NCBI GenBank assembly: GCA_047495785.1
Contig: JBLDXI010000042.1
Location: 4,154,001-4,218,000 of the forward strand
Direction: 5' to 3'
DNA length: 64,000 nt
Source: Lepidodermella squamata
Taxonomy: Eukaryota > Animalia > Gastrotricha
Shown in pieces: positions 38,380 to 49,122 of this stretch. The notes beneath the pieces were generated by a model, which was not told the origin of the DNA, made no database searches, and saw nothing but the letters and a program-made list of their open reading frames with translations. The translations under genes and the position numbers were made by a program. Each line of letters opens with the position of its first letter. The first letter of the stretch is position 1.

Positions 38380-39150
38380 ATGGAACTTCAAATACGGCTG
38401 ATAGCCTTATTATGCTTATTCGGAATATTTCTAGCCAACAAATGCCGGGTAAGTCAACAAATAAAGCTGGTCAAATTTTTTAAATTATTCATTTAAAATA
38501 AATCTTTGAAAATAAATCTATAATCCGAAAAATCACAGACAAAACTTGAAAATTATGAGCAAAATAATTTGTTTGGATTTTTCAACACATTTTACTTGAT
38601 TCGTTAGACCATCAGCATTTTAAATGAGGAATATTAGCCACACCAAGTTTTATTATAAGGCGGGCTAAACTGTGACCTATTTATTTGACCCAATTTTGCG
38701 AGAAATCAGGTCAACGACTTGCGTGAATCCGCATGAAAACAATAAAATATTCAAGTAAGAAAACTAATCTTTCCATCATTTCAGAATGCGGTAGCTGATC
38801 AGTTGTTATCTGCCCGAGTTGCTGCGCCGGGTCGCGGCCTCAACGCGCGATTCTGCACTTCAGACGCCCAGTGCGGCCCTAAAGACTGCTGCTTCCTAAA
38901 ATGGCGATATTACCAGCTGCCTGAAAAACTAACGCGCGACGCCACATTTCGCCGGCAACAAGTCGGCCGCTACACGCCACGGCAGGGCAAAGTTGGCCAG
39001 AATTCGGAAAACGGGCAAGGTTTCTGCATACCCAGCCGGTTAACTGTTGGCTATCGCCGATTAAATGGCCACCCTGCGACAGGATCCTGCGTCCCCCATG
39101 GAGTCAGCCTTCTTGTACCAAATTACAATTCGGAAATTCAAAAAACATAA
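38380..39150 (+). CDS. Secreted cysteine-containing protein with prokineticin/colipase- or knottin-like pattern
   Basis: Exon 1 (38380-38448) MELQIRLIALLCLFGIFLANKCR splices in frame to 38785: ...FCTSDAQCGPKDCCFL...GFCIP...GSCVP. The 3' end is uncertain. Confidence 0.7.
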
Positions 39151-39708
39151 TTATTTACCCATTAAATTCGGTTGAAATATCATTAAAAAGAATATAGGAC
39201 AGGATCCTTCGAAATGGCGATTTTTTATTCTTTTATTGTCCATTTTTTACAACTTTGGCATCCGCTGTTTACCTGTTTACCTGTAGCTAATATAGCTAAC
39301 AAATTACAACAATGATTCATCGATTCTTTCATCATAATTCGAAATAAAAAAATGGTGTGAGGCAAAACATAAAAAGGCTATACAGCTTCGATTTTTCTTG
39401 CATATTTCAGGTTGAATAAATTAAGAGTTGAGGATATTTACAAAAAATTGGTTGACTTCAGATATAAAAAAAACGAATAATTGAGATTTTTTGAGAGATG
39501 CCACAATATAACCGGGTATAATAATCTTTTCCAACTTTTATATACAAATTTTCGCAACATTGATTGATTTTCATTATAACGAAAGATGGCATATTGGTAA
39601 TTTTTTTCAATAAGGCACAACAGAAAAATTCGTTTCGAGCAGAGCAATTATTTCGATTAAAACTGTTTCACTCTCGATAAAAATATTTTGTTTTTGATGA
39701 TTCATCTC

Positions 39709-42700
39709 TCAAACGGCTCCACCGTCGTTGATCGAGAATGGATCTTGCATAGCGCCTGGGTCTTGGCTAGGCGATGGCGCAACTCGGGAGACCGATCTCT
39801 GCCGTCGCTGCCTCGCGTCCGAATCACTCGCCCCACTACCCCGTGAAGTGGCCGAGGGCTGTTCCGCTTGAACGACCCGGTTCTCGGCTCGGCCGGAATT
39901 GACGCGAATCTTACCAGCCGATGACGTCGTCACGGTGATGACCCCGTTCGAATCGTGGCGAAATTCGAGCTGGCCCGGAACTTTGGTCGCCGTCACGGTT
40001 GGCTGGACCTGCTGTGTCTGATCTTCGATTATCCGCTCGCCACTTGTTGAGCCGGGTTTCGAACTTGCAGTGCTGTTGACCGATGACCCAATTCCGGACG
40101 AATTGGCGCCATCACGGTGGCGGCGGCAAATGTGGCCCGATTTTGTAGGTGCAACATGGGATCCGGGCCTGGAACCAACAGCGGAACCCAGTTTACTTCT
40201 AGAACCCCTAAAAATTGAAGAGCATTTTTTTCAATAATTTGAAAATATTTTGAGGACTTACGCAGCTTTTCTGAAGCATAGGAACCAAACTAGGCCGAAA
40301 GCGATGACGCAAACGACGAGGCCAATCATGAGCCCAATCAGCAGCCAACCGTACCATGCGACGCCGTAAGAAGCTGAATTCGAGCTTGCACTCTGAGCCT
40401 GAGCATCGCTCGCGATGGTCACTGAAAATATAAAAAATTTTAAATTCAAATTATTTCATGAATTAGGAGAACCAGGTCATTCATTAAATTAATAAATAAC
40501 GGGTAAATAACGCCTATAAATTTCGGAAAACTGAAAGAATAATCAGAAATTTCAGAAGAAAATTGATTGAATTCTTAAAATTGATTTTAAAAATATTTCC
40601 ACCACTGAAAGGTTCCAGCTATAATTTGAGCTTCCTAAATTTATGTAGTAAAAAAGTCTGGGTCCCCGAATATTTGGTGGCCGCTTGAGCCCATTTCTAA
40701 TTATCAATTTTTCGAAATTAATTTTAGGATTGAAATCCTTAAAAAATTGATTTACTTGGCGATCCTGATTCCAAAACGTTGTTATTATTGTTTCCATTCC
40801 TTGCCGCAATCGTCGAAATACCCGCTCCAGCCGGGCGTTGGCAGATGAAACTTGTCCGGCCGCTCATCGCATTGCAGTCACGTGTCACCCAGTGGTAATT
40901 AGCCTCTGAACTGCTCATTTCAACGCAGGTCATTGAAATCGAGTCAACTAAAGGCTGGTTGTTGTAGGTCGACCAAGCTGCGTAATTAACTAGCGAACCA
41001 TCCGGCCATTGCCATTTACCGCTGCTTGTACCAATCCATACGAGGCCGAGGTATAAGTGATCCGCTAGGGTGGCTACAAGCTCTGAATGAACTTTGGTCG
41101 ACTCTGGGAAAATTATGAAATTTATCAGGAATTTTAATTTATTTTTTTTCAAATTTTACCGATTTTCAATAAATCGCCACCAAGTGATTGGCAATGAGCT
41201 CTGGCGGCGTGCCAAGGTTTTTGAAGGTCGTATAGGACGTAGCAAGTGGTGTATAAGCAGAAGTAAGCCGTCACGCCAGAGACATCGCGATATTCATCTG
41301 ATAATAATGAATTGAAATTTACGAAAATGATTTTTCGCTTTTCTCTTACCGAATTGGCAAATGTGAGCGAGCCGCGTTGAACATTGAACATCCCGCCAAG
41401 GGAATAAAGACCGTTTTCCCATGACGATGGCTCCGCAGCCGCCCTCATTTGCGGGTCGGCCGTCTTCCCAGGTCGAGTATGTCCCATCTGGAAAAATGGA
41501 GGTGAGCAAAAATTAATATTATCATAAAAATGATTTCAATTTTTTCCAGTTAATTAGCCTATTTTCCTAATATAATATTTACAACTAAAATTTACAGAAA
41601 AACCCGATGGAAATAGGTTTGGGAATTATCAGAATTTTATATCCTGAGACCTTATTGAGGCCTTACAAAACTGTTGAACTGAGGATAAGAAATCGTAACT
41701 CTCCAAAATGTTCAAGTTTTTTGCATAAAAAAATTCATTTTTTGACGAATTTCAGATTTTTTTAAATTTCCCGAATTATGTACCGTAAATTACCTAAAGA
41801 ATTCTTGAAAAATTCTAAACTATTTCGAAAATTTAAAAAAGTAAAAAAAAATTAATTTTTAAATGTCTTCTGAATGTTTAAATTTTATTCAAATTTTCGA
41901 ACTTCCAAGTATATTTCAGGATATTTAAGAAGGACTGTCAAACCTATTGCGTAGATGTAATTGGCCCCAACGCCTCCACATTGAGCATTCGAGTCACCAC
42001 CACACGGCGTGTTGCAGTTCGTAGTCGGCGGCAGGCTGCCGTAGTTAGACCCACAAAAGCACTGCCGGCCGCCCTGAACGCCAGCGAAGCGTGACGTCGG
42101 CTGCGTGCGGCAATACTCGACGCAATCGCCATTTTTCATCGTATACATAAACTGACTCGAGACATTCAAATCTCGCTTTTCGGTATTATCGATGTAGCAA
42201 CCCTGGCCGAAGAGCAGCGACCCGTCCTTAGCCCAGGTCCATTTGTCGCGGACGAGGCGCAGGCCGATCAACGCGCGGCCCCACGCGCGCATTTCGGCCG
42301 AGTTTGCGAGGAAACTCTGCACGCCGGCGTTGGCCACCTTGGCGAGTGTTTTGCCACGGGACTGGCACAAATCGACGGCTGATGTGTAGCTAACAGGTGT
42401 CGTGTTGTTGACAAAGTCGTAACAATTGCCGTCGTAGTACGCCTCGTCGTTAGTACAAAATTGCGATCCTGATTCGAAAAGCGAGAAAATTAATATTATA
42501 TATTATTATTATAAAAATCAAATATAATTTTCGAGGTCATTGACACGCATCGATAAGAAGAAAAAATTATTCATTTTCGGCAATATTAGAAAAAAAATTA
42601 TTCTAATAATGTTTTGAAATGCGTCAATGCCGACATTTAAGCAAATGTCAAATGGGCAATCAAAATTGCTAGAAATCCGAAAATTCAATAGTTCATTACA

Positions 42701-43156
42701 TTTCGCTCAATTGTCCTTTGCTCATCTGTCTTGCTCAATTTTAGTTTTTCTGAATTTTGTGCGCAAATGTCGCACGAGCTTTAAATACTTTCAAATTGAA
42801 TTTTCTAAGAAAACCTCGCCAATTAATTTCTAATAATTTTTTGGTTTCGGAATTCATTTAAAAAAAATGGGAAAATGTCTTCTTTACGTATTGATTACGT
42901 ATTTGACCGTGATCAAATTGAAACAGGTCAACAATTAAAAGATAGCTTATAATTCAAAGAATTTCGATCAATCATCGTCGATCACGTACAAATTATAATG
43001 AATAACGACCTCACGCAATTAATCATAAATTAAAACACTTACCCTCGGACAAATTTGAAAAAATTACTAAAAATAAATAAAAATACCTGGCATAGCGGCT
43101 TGAACGGCTTGAACGGCCAGGAAGAGGCACGTAATGTCCCTCAAGTATCGTATCAT
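39709..43156 (-). CDS. Type I receptor with two C-type lectin domains and a WSC domain
   Basis: Seven exons. Signal MIRYLRDITCLFLAVQAVQA; CTLD1 containing WSC (GCYID...CVEYC...QCFCG...CGG); CTLD2 with WIG...WPDGS...FICQ; TM WLLIGLMIGLVVCVIAFGLVWFLCF; Ser/Gly-rich tail ending GGAV. Confidence 0.88.
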
Positions 43157-43815
43157 GTCATATAAAAAAAATTGTCTTTAATTCGTCTATTTAAAATATC
43201 GAAATATAAGTAGTTGTACGTAAGACTAAAACTCGAAAGCGTTAAACAGCCTCATCATAATCATCATCAGCATTCGCGTCCAAGCCCGCCGCGTTGAATG
43301 GACACCTTACGCGTTACGCGCCGCGCGACGCCGTTTTTCAAAGCTTCGCGCGCCTAAGAACCCAACAACCGAACAATAGGTTGGCTATATACTAATCTAA
43401 TTTGCACCTCTTTTGCCCCAGTGTAAGTGATGATTTTGCGTATAAAATACAACAATTCAAGTTGGGCGTTTAACCAGCCGAAATACGAGGGTGTCTACAA
43501 CAAAATTTTAAGGCGGCGGTGATTGAATGCGCAACAAAAGGCACCCTCGCTATAAATATATTGTAGCCATTTTAAAGAGGTTTGATTGCTCGCATATAGT
43601 GGCCGCATGTTTATTGAAAACTTGTCACCAACACATATCACCCGCGCCCAGCCGCAGGCCTCACCCACCGTCCATGTAGGTCTATAAAAATGAAATATTA
43701 TTGTAGTGTAATTGTACACACACACACACTTCGGCGCATTGTTCTATTGGCCATCTTGTGGTCACCCTGTGTTGTTGGGTGTGTTTACCTATCGCCGGTC
43801 ACATATACTTATACA

Positions 43816-43842
43816 AATAATAATAATAATAATAATAATAAT
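43816..43842. repeat. (AAT)n microsatellite
   Basis: About nine AAT units. Confidence 0.9.
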
Positions 43843-46729
43843 GATAACGCGCCGCAGGGTGCGCAAGTCGGATGAATGTATCGAAATATTAATAATAATA
43901 ATTTTTATATAATATTTCACTCGAAATTGATATATAAACGCGTCACTAAGCAACTTCCGAGTGGTGCCAGTGTGGGTCGGCGCCAGCTCGCCTTGCGATG
44001 TAAATTATTGTTAACAAATTCTCTCCGTGTGGACAACAAAAAATTTGTTTGCGGCTATTAAAATGTAAAAACGCGCGCAAATATTTGCGGGTAATTTTTC
44101 GCGAAAAAACTGCGTAATTATTTGAGTAGAAAATGCCATTTTTAACATTATATTGTCAAATTTAAGAACGAGTGATCAAAGCTCAAACATACATACCTTG
44201 GTTACAACACATTTGATGACTGTGTATATCGGTATATACACATTATATTTGCAGTCCTAGGCGACAAAATGTGCGACAAGGTAGCAGTATGAAAAAAGTG
44301 CGCTCGTGTTTACGCTGTTATTTGATGGTATTTTTGATGCCGCCGCCGCTGCCGCCGCTCGATTTGCGCTCATAATCGATGCGATTCGTAAGATGCGCGC
44401 GCGCGCACGTATTTGCGATTAGCGTCAATAATTTATGACAATGGGCGGCAATTTTTTCCGTTTTATTGCACCTCCAACCAACACTCAGCCGTGCCGATTC
44501 ATCGGTGTATACTAAAAGGTGGAAGAAATATCAATTGGATAGAGGCTGAGCTTAATTGCTAAACTTAAGCTCCGTCATAAATCTTAATTAGGGCCGATAA
44601 AAGAGAGCATATCATTACTCAATATTTTTCGTTTGAAAGAGGTTATTGCGGAAGTGGAAAAAGCCCTATATATAACTGAAACTTTGCCAAAATGCAAAAT
44701 CCACCCTGAACCATAACACTGAGCCCGATCATCGTTTTGCTGCAAACGGCGATTTTGCCTTTCGAACCTTTAAACATTTCCCAGTATACATATACTGACC
44801 ATCAGAATCTAAACTGCGATGCAACGCCGTGTAATTTGCGTGTCAATATCATTAAAAGAATCCGAGTTCCATAAAAATAAAATCTCATAAACAACCAGAA
44901 AATCTGTGCCCGGTCAAATTTCTGCAGCTTCTCATTTTGATGTGTTAGATGTGATAAATTCTGGTGCCATTTTGGTACGAAACTAAATTATCAGGATCCC
45001 TTTCCATATTCATGATCGTGAGTACTAGGAATTAGTATGAGTATTAGGAATTCGGCCACGCTAACGGAAGAGAATAAAGTATTTCAGAGGGACTCTAGAC
45101 TCAAATTCGATTCTCCGAATCAATACAGGGTGTCTACAGCGCATACAGCGAACCTTCGAGGATCGAGTAAATCCTTAGGTAGAAAAAAGTAAGAAAATGA
45201 ATACGCTGATAATCATGAAAAAATAAATGCGTGTTTCTTTAATAAAAATAATGAAATTGCAAAGTAAAAAAGGTGTATGGCTCACACACACCAGATTTTC
45301 TGTACAATGCCTATTGACAGCTGGCAACACGGTATTTTTACGTTCGAGTACGCAAGAAAGATGAAAAATGCAATGCGAATCATAAAACATTGTCTTCCCC
45401 TTTCTTGCGAACGGTCTTATTTGTCTGTCTCTTTTGCTGCCGTATTTGCCCTAATAACGTTTTTCATTCGATTTTCTGTATTCTCACCAATAGCTGTAAT
45501 TCAAAATTCAATGGACAGGTAGCATTGACATGGTATATTTATAGGAACTTATTGGCTACATTCAGCCATCACAGTCGGGTTCTAGAATTTGACCAATGCC
45601 GGAAACTGGGATGACTCTTCCACTGCCTGCTGCATGAATCTCAGCTCTGACACTACAGCAGTGGTCCCAACGGACAGGCGAAGTGAAGAAGACCGTAGGA
45701 TCTTGGTATCCAATCAATATGCTTCAATATACTTTTTTATTTGCTTATGGCCAGTGTACGAAGTAGGATCCGGGAGCTAAGGTGTTTTCTAGCACCCAGC
45801 CGAAGAAACCAAGGGGCCCCCCTGTGGTTTTTCAGGTGCTCTCTGGTTGGAGTCTCGGAGCTGGAGGCAACCTTGTACTTCGCACCCTTATGACTTTTCA
45901 ACTCAGCCGAGCTGTCACTTGGGATGATTTTGCCCAAAACTAGCATTGATGAACAAGTGCAAAGTTGCTCGCTGATTAGTCAATTTGATCTCAGTTCAGA
46001 ATTCCAGCTTATGTCATATCAAGCGTGTAATCTATCGCTACATCTAACGTTCCGTTAACAACTTTTAACCGGAATGCGGTCAGCTATATCATCGATGACA
46101 TTAGCAACGCTTTATGCAATATGTCTGAGGATCTTGTAATACAAATCGTACAAATGTTCGAAGCAAAATTGTCCAAATTTCCGCAGAAATGTTTTCTAAC
46201 TGGCAATGAACTAACGTACAATTCTCGTTCCCATGAAAAAAATCAGTTTCACGGTATTGGCAATTGAGAAAATTTTGACAAACGCGATTAAGCATGTCAT
46301 AACAGGTGGCCGATTTTCAGAGGCCCTTGCTTGTGTTTCCAATCAGTAGTAGGAATCGACTTGACAGCTTAGCAATCGCCGGCTATTCGCATGATGTCTG
46401 GTTGAATTTATCACAAAACCTGTTAATATTCCGTTGGCCATGTGAGAACTCATTTGTCCATGTGTTTTGAATAAGCATTTCAGACGTCGTATCACATATA
46501 TAGATCTTACAAAACAGACAACGTGACAAAACGAATCATGCATGAGTGTTGCGCAAAGATGAGTGAGAGCGCATAACTTGGCACATAGCCAATCGATACA
46601 TCAGCATAACCCCCCCCTACCTCTCCCTGTTGTTGATCTTCCGGAAAAGGAAAACATCTCATTGGAAGTCTCCAAGTACCTTTAACCTTTAACGTAACTG
46701 AGGGATCTGGATTATTCCTCTGGGAATGC

Positions 46730-46856
46730 GGCAGACCGTCATAACAGCATATAGCTAAAACAGCAAACGCGACAAAAGAGCAACCCTTTCAACTTGCGAC
46801 ATAACAGCAGGGACACGATGCTTCGTTTACATTCTAAGTTGTTGCTGTTTTGTGTC
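46730..46856. repeat. Second copy of the dispersed repeat at 26720-26870
   Basis: Shared GGCAGACCGTCATAAC...AACTTGCGACATAACAGCAG sequence. Confidence 0.75.
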
Positions 46857-47057
46857 CGTAACGGGAATGCTCTGAATGGGTTACCTCAAGAATCATACTT
46901 TGAACAAATCTGAAACTTGAAATTCTTTGGATTAAACTCTCGGAAGTTTTTAAATCAAAGGTTAAAGTAAATAAAACAAGACTTTGAATTTTATTCGAAT
47001 CCAGTCGCAATTGGTAAACATGAAGTAACAGATTAAAGAATGTGTTATAGCTAGCGA

Positions 47058-47476
47058 TTATTGTAAAATATGATCGTCATGCTTGCCATCCATGATCTCT
47101 TTCGCGAGGTATTGCGCCCACAAGTAGAAAGACACGTTGTTCTCACACACGTGCATTGAGCCGAACATTTTGAGGCACCTCTTCATACGCAGCTTCCGTA
47201 AAACACGCTCCCGCAACTGGAGAGGAAACTTGAGCCAAACTTCCGGTTTATCCTGAATCAACCGCAGAACTTGTTCATCAAGTTTATCTACAAGGAAAAT
47301 GAATTGTAAAAAACAGCTCAATTTGAGAATAAGGCGAAATTACCTTCTACAAGGATGACTTTCTTCTGTCCAATCATTAGTTGGATATTCGAGGATGGTA
47401 GGCTGATTGTTGTAGGCGCGGCCCACAAACTGCCAGCAGTTGCGAAGATGATCGAAATTAGAAAAACGCTATTCAT
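47058..47476 (-). CDS. Secreted prepropeptide-like protein with RMKR site and C-x9-C ring
   Basis: Exon 1 MNSVFLISIIFATAGSLWAAP...VILVE, a phase-1 intron, then exon 2 DKLDEQVLRL...LRKLRMKR-CLKMFGSMHVCENNVSFYLWAQYLAKEIMDGKHDDHILQ*. TATAA about 70 nt upstream; AATAAA downstream. Confidence 0.72.
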
Positions 47477-49122
47477 TTTAAAGTTGAAATTGCTTAGAGA
47501 ATGATATTTCGTACTGTCTTCACTCTATGGAAATCTCACGGCTTATAAACTCTTGTTTGAGATAATACTTCTATGAATCTATATTAGTTACGCGCAATAA
47601 TTTTGCATGGCCTTAATTTATCTCGATCGAGTAAACTGCTTGCTACAGCCCTCACGTGGCCGCAATGATTCAATTAAACGTACTCAGCCGAGGAGGTAAA
47701 CACGTTGCGGGGGGCTATGATGTCTAACTAAGCGAGGTGATAAAAGTGTGCAGTTGCATAATTCAATTTCCCGCAGAGATGATGCCTGGCTGTAGTGACC
47801 AATCGCTAACTTCGGACAAAATCTGAACGTATACGAGTTCGAATCGCCTTAATGGGCAACACGAAGTGTCAAGATTCATGTCGGGTTTGCTAATTGAACT
47901 CGAACTTACTTGAAGGCCGAATCATAAGTGCGGGGCAACTTTCAAGAAGTTCTGGTTGTAAGCTTTCAACGTGTAAATGTTTATGTAGGAGTAAGGAGGT
48001 GAATCAAGGAACATCTAATTGCTATGCGTTGTAATTTGAGCAGTATGGGTCATTTTTAAAGTTGACCATCAAGTATCTGGAATAACATGGAACTGGCCAG
48101 GTAACTAAAAATAGTCATAAATCAACAGAAGTCCGATTCATACTTTGCATGTTACTAGCATGAACTCCTGTTAGGTATATGCTGGAAAATAGTGCGACTG
48201 CGCGTTTTTTCGACATCATAATATATTCACTTAGTAGTACTGGTAACGGTAATCCGAGTTCCAGTGGATGAACCAAGTAGGATCCTTGACAAGGGGGTTA
48301 CGGTTTACGGTACCCCCATACCCTCCAGCACTTCGCAGACTGCTAAGTTCTTTTCAGCTTTGGATGAAAGTTGGACCCGATAATTAATGTCAGGTAAAAG
48401 GGGAGCAAGAGACGTTATAAAGAAAACGTTTGTAAAGCAAATGATGCTCGCCCATGCTTTTCCACGGGTGCCTAGACCGTGATCTGTATCAAGGGTTTAT
48501 TATCAAGTCCTGTTAATTGACGCTGTTTAAGGTCCTGTTTGGAGTTGAATTTGTTTCGAGAACCGGAATGTTTGGATCTTTCATTATGCTATTAGCTCTC
48601 TTTTACCACGTAAAGTGAGAGCTATCATCAAGTCCCAATCCGAAATCATTAGTTATCGCGAAAGTAATGAAGACAATGCATTGCCCAGTTTTTATTTCAA
48701 CTTTAAATGCTGAAATAGCTAGAAGTTTCAAAACAGTTCATTCGTTTGATCACGTTGCTTCGATCGACATTTTAAGCACAGACAATTATTCCGCCGGCGA
48801 GAAACGAGACAGAAAGAGCAAACCTGCGGCATGCATTAAGAAATTGGCAAGTTATAAATAGGAGAGGTTGCCCTGGATGTTCTCCGATGTCGGCCTCAGG
48901 AAAAGTCTTCGATCAAGACAATTCCTGTTCGCCACGCCCTTACAGGTTGATAATGTCGAATGTGAGCTGGAATGTTCAAGTTGAAAATGTCATTTGACCT
49001 TTTCTCCGGTTTCCAATTACAAAAGAAACATGTCACCTAAATAAACAGCCAAATCGATCTTGCACCAGTACAAATAAAATATCTCCATAACATTACCGCT
49101 TTTCAACAAATTTGAAAACATT

